64,000 nt of DNA from Vitrella brassicaformis CCMP3155. Lineage: Eukaryota > Protista > Chromerida. The stretch is taken from NCBI GenBank assembly GCA_001179505.1, contig CDMY01000938.1, forward strand, positions 124,001 to 188,000. The letters are read 5' to 3'. The notes beneath the pieces were generated by a model. The model had not been told where the DNA came from. It was given only the letters and a program-made list of their open reading frames with translations, and searched no databases. The position numbers and the translations under genes are program-made. Position 1 is the first letter of the stretch, and the number at the start of each line of letters is the position of its first letter. Shown piece after piece: positions 35,969 to 49,000 of the stretch.

Positions 35969-36156
35969 TGCCACTCGTCTGTGCTGCTGGTGTGGCGGTT
36001 TTTGCGGGCGATGCGGGGGAGGCTGAGGCGCTTGAGCAGCCAGATGGTGAGCGTCGTCTAGCAGCTCGGCTCTGCATCCCCCATACGGACACGGACGGAC
36101 AGAGAAACAAATATTACGGCTGTCCTGTCTGCATGCACCTGCCTCAGGTGTAGTGC
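35969..36156 (-). repeat. Composite copy of 32590-32699 plus 33108-33178
   Basis: 110-bp and 71-bp near-identical blocks joined without the ~400 bp that separates them in the other locus; TAC (32679-32681) is TAG (36058-36060) here. Confidence 0.92.
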
Positions 36157-37024
36157 CCCATTCACCCACCCGCCCACTCGCTCACCGAGGTACTGCATTG
36201 GCACCACGAGGCTGTCCCGGGTCTGTCCCTCAGCCGTCAGCTGCCCGGCGATGGGCTCGCCGGCGTACGGCTTGACGAACGGTGTCCGGGCCCACACACG
36301 CTCGACATCCAGCCCCTGAGCTGCCGCCTCCTCCAGGACCTGCTGCTTGATGCAGTTGAGCCGCCTCGCCTCCTGAGCCGCCTCTGCGTCGTCCCTGGGC
36401 CTCTCGAAGGCCTTGAAGGCTGCTGGGCCCTCCGTCACCTCCTCCCACACGCCCGAGGCGACCACCGCTGATGTGCCCTCGCCGACCTTGGTCACATCGA
36501 TGGTCACCGCCGTGGCATCCTGCAGGGTGAGGCTGCCTGCAGATGGGCGTCTTCGTCGTTCGGATGGAAGCGCATAGAGCTCGCGAATTCCAACTGTGAA
36601 TCCAGCAAGTGACCGAAGATTTATTTCAATTTCCCCGTCTCGCTCAAATATCGACGGTTTCGCTTTTCACAACTTTGTTTCTAATCAACACCTCCTCAAG
36701 GAGAGACACATACTCGGAGAAAGCTGCCAGGGGCAAACACATGGGTAAGACTCACACAAATTCCCAAGTTGAATCCCAACCCGAACGTCCCAGGGGGATG
36801 CTTCGCTCGCGATGAAGGATCTTGGTCATGACAGCGGCGGAAAATGCGACTTCATTGGAAGTTACTAAAGGATGGCTCCCTGGCCAGGCGGAAATGTGCG
36901 CGGCCAGTTTGAATTCCGTTAACGAACCCCCAGCCACCCCCAGTCTCATGAGGCGCGAAGTTGGTGCAATCAAGCACCATGGAGGAGGAAACAAGACGAC
37001 AGAGAAGAAGGAGAAGTGAAAAGA

Positions 37025-40000
37025 ATGCTCGACTCGACATGGTTGAGGATACAGAGGCTGCTGTCGTTCATGACGGTGCTGATGGCGGTTTGCTGTTCCA
37101 CACAAGTGGATGCAGGTGAGGAACCGACCACCGTAGCATCAAATCTCCTCATGTGTTGCCTTCGTCTCACTTTTTGTCTTCCCGGTCTGTTGTTGCAGGC
37201 ACTGTTCAGGCGGGTAGCGGCGGCTTCTCTGCGTCGTTCGACGGAACAAGGTCCAGACGCCCATATGGATGTATGTATGCCCTATCTATTCATTCAGACA
37301 AGGCGTCCATCAACAACACGAATGCACATCGTGCCTGCATCTTTCTGTGTTGTGTGTCGTGTGCCTTTGGATTATGGCAGATATCTGAGTGGTCTGCACA
37401 GCGGGTCATGGTCCGTGACGAACCTGACACTGGCTTTATGGCTTTGGCCATCGGCAGCGACGCCCACACAGAGGTGGGGAAGAATGGAAGAGGGATTTTG
37501 CAGTGGCCTTTCAAGTGTATGGTGCAATGCAGATGGGTGATATACAGAGGATCCGGCTCAAGTCAGCTGAGTTTCGGGCTGCAGCTCACCTATTTAGGCA
37601 GCCCTACCTTCTCCTTCCAGCCTGTGGTAAGCACCTGAACGCACACGGGTCCATAGAATCCCCTCTCTCGTCTGCCTGTCTATTTCCACAGCTGTACATC
37701 AGCGACCCGTCCGGCACGAGATGGCATGCCATCCCCTCTCCACTGCCCCTCCCGTCCGCGCAGTGGACCCACATCGCGGCAAGCGTATCACTCGCAGCCA
37801 ACCGTATCAGCATCTTCACCAACGGCACCCTCACACACGAGCCCTCACTCCCAGGCTCGTATGCTGGTGGCCGCCGGGCGGGCGGACGATTACTAATTGG
37901 GGCTGGTTTGGCGAGCGACGGGTCTATTGATGCCTCGATGGGCTACCGGGGAGAGATGGACGAGATCGCAGTTTGGTCTCGCGTGTTGACGGCCGACGAG
38001 ATCTCCGCTCTTGCGTGGAAGAGCCGGCCGTTGATGGACGATGCCTCGCTTCTCATGTTCCTTGCCCTGGACGAGGGAGGTGGCAATGTGGCGCGAGATG
38101 CGGCCTCCTCTTCCCGCATGTACTTGCAAGGCACCAGCGGATGGGCCCTGTCCACTGCACCGGCCTACAGCCGGCCCAGTCTCCCTCTGAACACTGCTGT
38201 CATCACCTCACTGGACGCATCTTGGGACGGCACGGGGGCTCCATCCTTCCGCCACCGGCTGGTGTCTCCGCCGCCGTCGCTGTCGATCACGTCGGTCCCC
38301 GATTGCCGAAATCCCCACAGCGACACCAACACACCAATCGGGGGCTCGGCATTCCTGCCTGCCGACAGCTCATGCATCTCCCTTCGTCTCGACGACCAAA
38401 CGACTTCCCTCGGGTACCGAGAGATCGACCTGCGCTATGTGACCTACACGAATGGCGATGGGAGTGAGGGCATTGTCACACTCGTGTCGGACCCGTTTAT
38501 GGGAAGCTACAACGTGACTGAGACGCGTGAGGTGGGCGGAAGAGTGGCGCGCGCAGGAAGTAATGTGGTGGCTGCGGGCATGTGGACTGATGGAGGCAGC
38601 TCAGGAGAGAGCTCGGCATACTCGAGCGGGTGGGCGACTTGATGAATGCGCATATATTGGCTGCTCGTGTTTGGTTTGCTTTATGTCAGGTTTCCCCGTT
38701 TGTATGGCGTGTCTCCATCGATCATTGTCCTTGACGATGACACCGAGGGCTACCGCACCCTGACCCTCACCGGCGCTGACCTCTTCCACCCCCTCGCGTC
38801 CACCAGCTGTCTCCTCTTCACCTCCATCCCTCCAGCACCAACCTACGCATCACCTGAATCGCCCCTCGACACCCACATGCCCCTTCTATCGCTCTCCGTC
38901 AACCAAACGGGGCCTTCCCTCCTCACTTGTGGCTTCCCCACCATGACCCCTGGACTCAGCGGCGCGACACGTCTCTGGATCGCTCTGAAGACTGACCTGA
39001 TGGGCGAGGCGCGTTTGTCGAACGCCTTGTCGATCGGTGTGGTCTCACTCGGTGTGGGCGGTCCTTTCCCTCTGGCGACTCTGCTGCCGTCGTCTTCACC
39101 GATCGAGGGCTCGTATGTCGGAGGATGGTCGAGGGCGTTTCAGGTGTCGCCGACGGCCGATTTCCCACTAAAGTGTGTGTGGGGCGGGCCATCTGCACAC
39201 GGGGGGACGTCTCTTGTGGCTGCTGGAGCGGAGTCCTCCGTCTGTTCTGCCCCTCCCAGCAGGGCGCTGCAGCCCAAGTCGGCGTCATCTCTGCTGATCA
39301 CCCCCGATGTAATGACTGGAGACGTGAGTGGCCATTCAGTCTCTTATCGGTCGTCCAGTGAACTCGACGTTGTATCGATCTCTCCCGCTGGCGGCTACGG
39401 CGGGGAGCTGGCGACCATCACTGGGCGAGGCTTCTCTGCTTTTGACAACGTCGCGTGTCTGTTCGGGCCCATCACCACAGCAGCCACACAATATGGCGAT
39501 GACACCATCACCTGTCGGGTGCCAGCGTCAGCCGCCATCCCATCAGAGGCACTGCTGCCCCCTCCGGCCCTTCCATCCCTCAACGTCGGGCTTCTCCTCG
39601 ACTCGTCGCAGCCCTTTTATGGCACGCAGACACCCCTTATTTTCTATCTGCTGACTAGACGTCCCCCATACTCTGTCACGGGGCTGCCACTGGGCAGCCA
39701 GGAGGGATTCGCTTGGCCATTCCCCCGAGTGACATTGGCTTATCCATCTCTGGCGTCTGGGGATGTGGGTGTGGTGGTGAGGCTGGCAGCGGGGCCATTC
39801 ACCATCGCTAACGCGCCGACTGTGGCTTGCGATCTCGGAGGCATCACCGGTGAGCTGATAGTACACAAGTGAGAGAGTGAGAGACGCGACCATCTATCTG
39901 TTTGTCCCAGCCACTGGTGCTCCGTTGTGGTCATCAAGCACCCCCTCCACCGACCCCCACTTTCCCCCTTCCTACCTGTGCTCATTCCCCATATCGACCC

Positions 40001-43000
40001 TGGCCAACAGTGCGACAGCTCATGCCGCAGGCGCACCTCTATCCCTGCAAGTTAACTCTGTCGCCGTGCCCTTCATCTATCGGCTGTATCCTGCTGTGTC
40101 GTCCGTGAGTCGTGTGAGTCACCCGATATTCGCTCTGAGCGGTGTGCCGCTGACACATGTGCTGTCACGACCACTGAGGGGCGATGAGGCGCCCTGGTGC
40201 TCCATGGACACAGGTGATGACTGCCTTACCGGAAAAACCACCAGGAGAAATAGACAATGATTGTGTGCCTTGTGTGTTCTTGTTGGTATACAGGGCCCAA
40301 CTCGCTTGTCGGCTTCCTCCCTCCTCTGTCCCGGTGGCTCTACACATGTAGCTCTCAGCCATTCCTGTCATCGCCGCCGTCAGCCGCCACCACATCCATC
40401 TCGGCCCTCCCTCCCCTACCACCAGCATCTGTGGCCTCGTCCCACCCGCACTCATACCCGCCACTCGCCACCACCACCCTCATCGCCACACCGAAGATCG
40501 TTGCGTCGTATCCTGCAGAGGGGCCTGCCATGGGAGGCACTTTGGTCACCCTGACGGGCGAGAACTTCCCTCTGTCATCTGTCACGTCCATGTATTGCCT
40601 GTTTGGCGCGGCGGGGAAGGTCAAGGCGACTGTTGTGTCATCCATAGTGGCGTCTTGTGTGGCCCCTCCCTCCCCGCTTGTTGGCCTGGCTGTGAGGCTG
40701 CGAGTCGGCATCGGCACTGGAGAGATCGGCGGGGAGGCGGTGATGGCCGTCACGGACACGGCGTCTTCGTTTCTCTTTCGTGAGGAGCCGTCAATGTGGC
40801 AGGTGGTTCCGACATACGGGCTGGTCAGTGGGGCTGAGGCGGTGTCTCTGTGTCCTGAACGGCCAGTGGCGCTTGGTGTGGCTGACAGCTGGACAATCCA
40901 CTGCCGATTTCGGTCGACTGTTGTCACTGGCCATGTGGCAGTGTCGGATGGATGCCTCGTGTGCATCACCCCAGCATGGACACACAGTGAGACGGTCACG
41001 CTTTCCCTATCTGTCGAGACATCCCTCGCCGCCCCCCCAGCTGCCCTCAGCCTGACCATCCCCTCTTCCGCCTCATTCGTCACAACCACCACCTTCGAGT
41101 ACCACACCGCCCCACAAGTGGAGGTATCACCAACACGCCTGATCGCCACTACGATGCAAAACATGACAGCAGTGATCCGGGGGCTGCCGACAGGACTCGT
41201 CGCCACCCAGCAGATGGACAGCAGCCAGTGGACCGCCCGCATGACTGTCGGTGGCACCGTTCACGAGACTATGGGCTCTGTGAGAGTGCTGGGCGAGGCC
41301 TCAGTGGAGGTAGCGTGGCTTGTGCCGATGCTGATTGGGTCTGGCACATGCACAGTAGAAGTGTCGCGGGATGGCGGTGTGTGGTACAGTGGGGGCTCGG
41401 TGGTCGTCATGGCATCAGTCGGTGTGCTAGCGATCGAGCCAGATTTGTTGTTCGCTCCTGGTGGAGTGGATGGAGCCGACGTGGAGAGAATCACTGTGAC
41501 AGCCAACCTGCCGACGTCGCCAAGTCTGGTAAGAGGTCATTCACGTGAGTGTGGTGTTATTTCTCTGCATGTTTCATTATGATAGGACGGACTGCTATGC
41601 GAATGGACAAACACCGATGGCTCCACCGAAGTCACCACAGCCGACCTCCTCAGCGCCACACAGCTCTCTTGTCGGCTGCCCCCTCTATCTCTCAGCCCAC
41701 CTTCCACCAGCAGCGGCTCGGTGTCTCTCGAAGTGTCGCTGCACTTTGATGGAACTGATGTAGGGGTGTGGGTGAAGGCTCTCACTCAAGCGATCACAAT
41801 TCCTGTTGCTGCAAGGCCGAGCATGGTTGCCGTGTCTCCGTCGCAAGCGCTGCCTGGACATAGTGATGACAAAGTGAGCTGGAGGGGAAGCTTTGCAGAC
41901 AGGGTACACATGGTCTCTCCCTTCTTTTGCAGGCGTACGTGAGTTTTCGGCTCAGCCCGCCGCTGCCGGCCTCCCTGCCTGGCCCTTACCTCTGCTGGTT
42001 TCGCCCTCTATCTCCCTTATCCAATGCCACCGACGCATCAGGCCCCTGGCTGGCCGCAACAGCCACGTACGACACATCTGTAGCCCCTGATGGCCACCGG
42101 TTCTTCACCTGCCCCCTACCGGATGGCGCGGCAGCCGCAGGGACGACACTGTGGGTCACATTCGGCCTCGTCTCACCCGCTCCATCTGACGTCTCTCGCT
42201 ATTACACGGCGTCGAACAGCTTCCCGGTCGTAGTGGCTTCGTCGCGTCCTGACAGTGTATCTTTCCTGGACGCCGTGGTGCCCATCGAGCTCATGGTGGC
42301 CTCTCTCAGCGGAGTCATGCTGGTGACATCCAGCGATATTGGTGTCGGTACACTCGTCAGCTGCCGTCTTCGGTGGCTGGGTGAGCCGGAGTCGGAGGGC
42401 GTCTTGGTGGATGGAGTGGCCATCGCACCATCCCTTGTGCACTGTCGACTTGACGGATCCACACTTGTGGAAAGGGTTTCTACCAGCAACCAGGAGATGA
42501 CCCTCAAGGCCACCCTGTCGATGACACTGGCACCCAAGGCCCGTAACGAGGCGACAGAGGCCGTCGCCCCCACACAAGGCCTCATCGGCGAGAGCACTGC
42601 CGCGGTCCGGCCTGCCCCTCGGATGGATGCAGGGCAAAATGCGGCTGTGTGGCTGCCGATCGGAGATGGAGGACAGGGCTGGGTGGACGTGTCTCTTTCG
42701 GACTCATCGTCTGCGTGCACGCCAAGCACTTGCTGGTGCCATTGGGTAGCTTACGTCGGCGGTGAACAAGATGGGGCCACCGTTGACGTCCTTTCGGTGA
42801 TGACAGACATTGCCACGGGCAAGCAGATTGTGAGATGCCGATTGCCGCATACCTCGCGCCGCCTGTCGATATCGTCACCTTCGACCTATTCCCTCACGGT
42901 CGTCGCGTCCCCCCTCGTCTCACCCGCAACACACAGCCAGACGTTTGCCGCCGTCTCTATCACTCCCACCCTTGATGGCCTTACGGCCTCACTGAGATGG

Positions 43001-46000
43001 CCGAGCACGCACCATGCTGACATGGACGGGAGCTCGCTGCCGTCCCTGGATCCGGAGCTGATTGTCAAGGGCTATGCCGGTGTTCCTCAGTCGCCATCTG
43101 GTCTTGAATGCGTCATTGGGACGCCATGGGGGACAGTCTCTCAGACGCTGCGTTGGAAAGGGCCTTCTGAGCTGTCGTGTGGATCCCTCCCGTGGCCTCC
43201 GCAGTCAGCCGATCACACAATGACCACCGCCGTGCCGAGTGATCGGATTCACGTCATGATTCGGGGCGTTGGGAGCGACCAAGGACTTATGGTGCTCCAC
43301 ATGACACCTATGCATCTGCAGTGGGCTTTGCCTGTACCTGTGGAGGCCCTCACTGCATCGCCACTGCTGGGCACAGCCACAAGTGGGGGTCAGTGGCAGG
43401 TGGCGGACACGTCCTCTGAGCCGCTACTCTCGACGTATCTGACGACGCTAACCGGCGAGTTTGGCGCCAGCGGCCACGGCATGGCCGATGCCTTCTGCCG
43501 GTCTCTCTGCCAAGGGACATCAGTGCAGTCGATGTCTCTGATGGCGCTTTGCGGCTCTTCTGCGTATGCTTGCAACCTGGCGTCCGTCTGTCAGTCCAGG
43601 ATGCTCGTAGGGTCACTGGATCTGTCGATCAGCCCTCCTTCCGACAACTCCCTCAGCATCACGGCAGTGGTCCCCTCGTCTGTCTTTGCTCTGGACAATA
43701 CAAACCTCTCACTGACGATCGAAGGCGGCCAGGAGACGAAACAGGTGGCGAGCCAGGCCACAGCACAATGGCAGTGTCTCTTCGTACCCCAGAGTGCGAC
43801 GGCAGCCGGACAGATCATCGCGGACGTGTCTCCGGTCATTGAAGGAGAGTCCACCTGCAGCAGCGCCACATCCTGCCGGCTGAAGGTGCAATGTCAGGCT
43901 CGGCTGCTCGAGGGCCAGTATCTACCCCATCTTGTGCGCAAGCCTTCCATCATCCCAGGCTTATTCAACGCCTCATCGATGACCGGCCTGTCAGCCATTC
44001 TTCCTGCTGTGACCACTGTTTTGACCGTCAAGGAGAGACGCCGACTGACGATCGACGAGACCGTTCCCGTGCTGCAAAGGACCGAGGGCTTAACGTCTGT
44101 GTCTTTGGGACAGGCAGCGGTTGATTTGGCGCTGTCTGCATCTCTTGCCGACGTCTTTGATGCAACCGAGGCCGTGACGTGTCAGTTCTTCCAAAGTGGG
44201 GACGCCTTCTTGCCCTCATTGGAGGTGCAGGGCACCGTGTCTCGGCACCAAGGGCTGATCCGCTGCCTCCTGCCGTCCGTCGATGCCCTTCAACAAGGCA
44301 CCAAGACGGGCGCCCGTCTTACCTTTGCTGGGCTAACAACATGGACGGTGGTCGTGTGCAGCACCCGTCATGGGAGATGCCTTAATGACGCTTATGGCCG
44401 CATGGTCATCTTAGACCCATATGAAGGATCATCTGTCGTCCCGGCTGCGCCTGTGGCCGTCTTGGATGCAGCGGAGAGCCTGTATTCCCCTCTGTATGCG
44501 CGCCTGGCCTCTCACATGCCTTCATACGGCACCCTGCCGTGGCTGCAGCACTTTGACAAGAGGGTTCCATGCCGGCTGATTGCAGCTGATGGGCAGGGAG
44601 AGAGGACACTCACCAGTACGTGGCTGACTAGAGACATGGTGCAATGCAGCTCTGATGGAGCCAGGGCGTCATCGATTGCAGAAAGGACTGTGACGCTGAG
44701 CGTCGGGTCACCATCATGGCAGGGGCCAGATGTGTCCATGACACTCTATCGGGTGCCCTCGTCTGCAGTTACGGCAATGTCGATCCGTGTCGTCCGTTCC
44801 GCTGGAAGCGATGTGGCCTTGACAGCGTCTTATCGGGGTCAGACGAATGCTGTTGTCAAGGCCATCTTCACCATTGAAGGCATCAGCAGCACGAGTATTG
44901 AGGCTTTGCCCCTTCAATGTTTGGTCGACGGCGTGCTGGTGGGCACTCCACTGCTCGTGGATAGGACTGCTGTACCCGCATCGCCTATCTATGAGGTTGT
45001 CTGCCCAATCGAGGGCACATTCGCGTCATTCCGAGCACGGCTAAGCCTGTCTGTGGCTCTGGCTCTCGGCCCTGGTGTGAGTGGGATCCTTTCCGAGCTC
45101 GATTTGAGCAATCCACCAGCGTATCTGCTGGGCCATCTGGACTCTTTCATCCATCTGCCACTACTGGACAGAAGTGCCACAGACGCCTTCACCGCCGCAG
45201 CCACCTCTCTGCACGCTCAGCCTTCGCTCATGTCAAAAGGGGCCGGAGACATGCGTGTCGAGCTGACAGACCTGTCTGCATTGGACGCTACTGGCGCAGC
45301 CATGCCCTTCAACCCCCAGGCACTGCTGTGTGTGTGGCGGGCAGCAGCATCGGATGGGCCCCTCTTCGTCTCCAGCACTGCAAGCGGGAGAGAGGGGCGG
45401 GCGGAGTGCACTCTGCCGACTCCACTCGTGGGCGTTGATACGGGCGTCGTGATGGTGTCTCTTGCACGAGCCATGGACACCGTGACGGGAGGAATGGCCA
45501 GCGAGAATGTGGCGATCACACCAGACATTCTGGCCGAGATCCATGTCATCTCTACAGCTCCCGCATCCCTGAGAGTCAAGATCATCGACCAGCTGCACGT
45601 CTGGAACACCAATGTCTTCTTGACGGGCTCCGCCTCACTCGTGCTAGATCTCCCCGCCTCCATGTCTTCCCTTCCGCCCTTCCAGTGTCTCTTTGCGGCC
45701 AACAAAATCTCCTGTGTGCCCGCGACAAACGGCCCACTTGGACCCCCGCTCCGCAGCTGTCTTGTCCCACCCAGTATCGGTGCAGGCCAGACGTCAGTGA
45801 GTCTCCTGGATGGAAGCGAACATGGTCTGGTCACTACGGATGGAGACGCTGTCGCAGGTGAAATCAAACTATGGTCACCGAGCATTCTGAGCGGCACTGG
45901 CGACACCCTCAGTGTCTCGTCGCGTGGCTCGCTTATGGTGTCGTCCGTGGCGTCCTTGCAGTTGGACACTTCATCTTTCCCTCCGCTCGAGTGGCAAGGT

Positions 46001-49000
46001 CTCTTCCGTGTCGAGTGCACTGGAGAAGTCTCGCCCACCATTCTGGCGCCCACAGCCAGCGCGACCAGCCATGACATCACCTTCGCCACACTCTCTCCCC
46101 TGCCGATCGGTGAGCAATGCGATGTGCAAATATCGCCAGACGGCCTATCCTTCCACCCAACGGGCGACTTCACAACGAACGCGGTGTCCCTATCCGTCCA
46201 TGCGCGCCTTCCAGCATTGTCTGTCACATCTGTGTCGCCGCCACTGATGTTCATCTCTTCATCGGCCAGTGGGCCGACGATTGTTGTCGACGGCGGGGGC
46301 TTCGGCAGCAGTGCGTCGTCATGGCCAGGGGGCCTCTTCTGCCGCATTCAGGACATCACCTGGCCCGCCACGTGGGTCAGCGCCACTCAGCTCACCTGTC
46401 CCCATCCCAGTGCCGTTGCTCATGGTCTCAGCGAGAGGGCGATTGAGACGTTGCCCTTCTCTATTGTGAGCTCTTTCGACAGTGAGGGTGCCGACGCGCC
46501 GCTTCATCTGCAGTGGATGGCGGCACCCACGTGCGTGGATTTCTTTCCTGAGACAGCTCTTAGTAACATGGCTACTCGTGTCTCTGTCACGCTGTCGGCC
46601 ACCATGTGGGGCTACCCTCCCCAGATACGGCTGAAGGACACCTCCAGTGGTCTGCCTGCTTTCTCATGGCTCTCCGGCTGCATGACGGCGGCAGACACGT
46701 CAGCCAATCTGCTGGACTGCAAGCTGCCTTCGGTCGCCACGGGGACGTACACTATTCAGCTGACATTCACGGCAGGCGAGCACGTCATGGAGTGCGCAAC
46801 GGCTCTTGAGGTGCTGGACAGCTCTACTGCACTGGTATCGACACTTTCCCCGCCCCCCCTGAGCGACCCAATACCGCACACAATCACGCCCAACTCTGCT
46901 GGATCGTGGCTTGCCGGTGAACCGCTCCACTGCTTTGTGGGAGGCAAGCCTGTGTCCTCCCACGTTCGGTTTCTCCCTCCCAACCTGGCACTCGATTGCC
47001 ATCCGCTCGCAGCCACCTACTTTTTCCTCTCGACAGCCGAGCTTGATGTGGTGGTCCGCAAGGGACGTAACGGTGAGGTCACGACGCTCAGCTCGATGAC
47101 CAACACCTTTGCAGAGGTGCCGAGGCTGCTCAGCGTGACACCGCCTTTCATGTTTGCGGATCCTACGGCGCCCATTACTGTGAGAGGTCGCGATCTCAGC
47201 AGCTCGTTTCTGTGCAGAGACGGCGATAAGGCCGAGCCCCTGGTCGTCGATGTGACCACTAGTGGACGCAGAGGCGTGTGCACCATCACTAACCCCGCTG
47301 TGGGAGACGTGTCTCTCTCCCTGATCAGCCAGCAGAGCACAGCACACAGCGGCATCGAGGCCACGTCTGCGTCATCCAGCCCCTTCACCCCTTCCATCCA
47401 AGTGGTCGCCGCGCCCACACTGATGGACGCGTTTCCCCTGGCAGTCATCGATGACACTGACACCTACTGGCACATCGACATTTACGCATCAGGAGTACCC
47501 CAGCTGCCGCTAGATCCCGTCTGCAAGATCGGATCACTGGTGGTTGGTGGACTGTGGCTGGACGAGGCGACCATGCGGTGTGTGGTGGATGTCTCGAGCC
47601 TCGCTGGAATCGGCAGCTATACAGTACAGGTGTCCTTCGACCGGCAAGTGGATCTTCGGGTGCCGCGGGACCTTGTTGTCACAAGTGGGCCGACCACCAG
47701 CCCAACAGGCGCCCGTGTGCTGCAGTATACCTCACTCGCGTCTTACGTCAGCTCTCTCAGAGCCCTCGCCAGCACGCCGTCCTTTTTCCCATGGACCGAG
47801 CCCCTCCCTGCTTCTGTCTCGCCTGACACCACCCTTCTCTGCGAGCAGGTCGCCCAGCTGACGACAGACGAGCCGGCGACTGGGACCTTGCCGTCTGTAG
47901 CGTCGAGAGTGCTGTTGCTGCACTCCAGCCTTACTCCTTACGACGAGAACGCCAACAGTGGCAGCGCTTCATGTGCCCTCTCTATCCCGACTGCATTTCT
48001 CGTGTCGACGTCATACGTTCGTCTGCATTCCTTTATCGCGGGGCCGGTGACAGGGTTCTTGCAGCTGCCGTCGAGACACATCACACCGCCGCGGCTCGTC
48101 AGTGTCGTACCTTCATCTGTTCCAACGAGTGGAGGCATAACCCTCACCGTGACGGGGGAGGCTTTCGACCTGGCGATGCCCTACCCGTCCTGCTACTTTT
48201 GCGACGGGCAGGTGACGGCAGCAACGGTGACCAGCGCAACAACCCTGGAGTGCGCGTCTCCTGTCATTCCGAGCGTGGAGCCTCTATGTCTGTATGTTGC
48301 CTACGGCCAAGAGGCGGCCCTGCCTCCCACTGACCGCAACCTCTTGTGGCTTCACCCTACACCCAGCCCCATTATCACGGCAATCGCCCCTGAGGGAGGC
48401 GTGGGGGGCACTAACGTGGAAGTGCTCGTCACCCTCGACAGCTCGCTGCCATCGTATGGGCTGGGAATGTCTCTGAGTCTGCTCCTGGAATCACTGGGTA
48501 CGGGAGCAACACACGAGCTGCCTTGTGCCGATGTCTCTCCACAGGAGAGCACCCTTCTCTGCACCAGCTCGTCTCTGCCATCCATGACGGGCAGCTCTGC
48601 GCCGTTCCGCGTGGGGCTCCGTGAGAATGGCGCATTACTGATGACGACGTCTTTGACCTTGACGGTGTATCAGCCGTCTGCTGCGCCTGACGTGCTGCCG
48701 ACAGTAGCACGCCACCCTCAGGCACCTGCTGGCCCGATCGACGTGACAACAGTCTCCACATCGAAGCTGCAGCTTGCGAGCCATCTGTCGCCCTCTCTTT
48801 CAACGCTTCAATGCCGGTTCGAGCTGAGAAACTCGCACGAGGCACTGCGTCTTCGGTCTCCCCTGCAGTCTCTGAGCTCTGTGCCTGGCCAAGGGTACAC
48901 AGCGACGTGCTATCAGCCTCAGAATGGGACACGTGAAGCTGCCGCGCAGCTCACTCTCGTGGACCCATCTACTCCAAGCTATGCTAATGCTCTGAGGATG

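Larger units (their letters stand above)
34290..36530 (-). pseudogene. Split, truncated protein kinase relic
   Basis: N-lobe KVGEGTSAVV...AAFKAF...QEARRL...LVVPMQYL at ~36180-36510; after ~1.4 kb of unrelated fragments, helix-E region and IAHRDLK (34467-34481)|PHNVLM...VVCDFG (34320-34328), then a TGA about 17 codons later; no APE or later subdomains. Confidence 0.78.

Noticed and set aside
14368-36060. In-frame TAG/TGA in kinase-region frames as readthrough, selenocysteine or an alternative code
   Set aside because: Intact genes here end with TGA/TAG normally; paralogous copies show TGG/TAC at the same positions, and frameshifts co-occur, indicating decay.
35679-36110. Intact LTR retrotransposon around the DTGA motif
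   Set aside because: No gag, RT (YxDD), RNase H, integrase, LTR pair or PBS seen.
1477-36500. Hundreds of short ORFs rich in VCVCVC, THTHTH, LSVCLS, QTDRQT
   Set aside because: They are translations of intronic (GT)/(AC)/(TGTC)/(GACA) microsatellites and cross splice sites.
45217-46347. Long antisense ORFs within the giant gene (also 55359-56279, 40355-41257)
   Set aside because: No recognisable motifs; expected shadows of a GC-rich coding strand.
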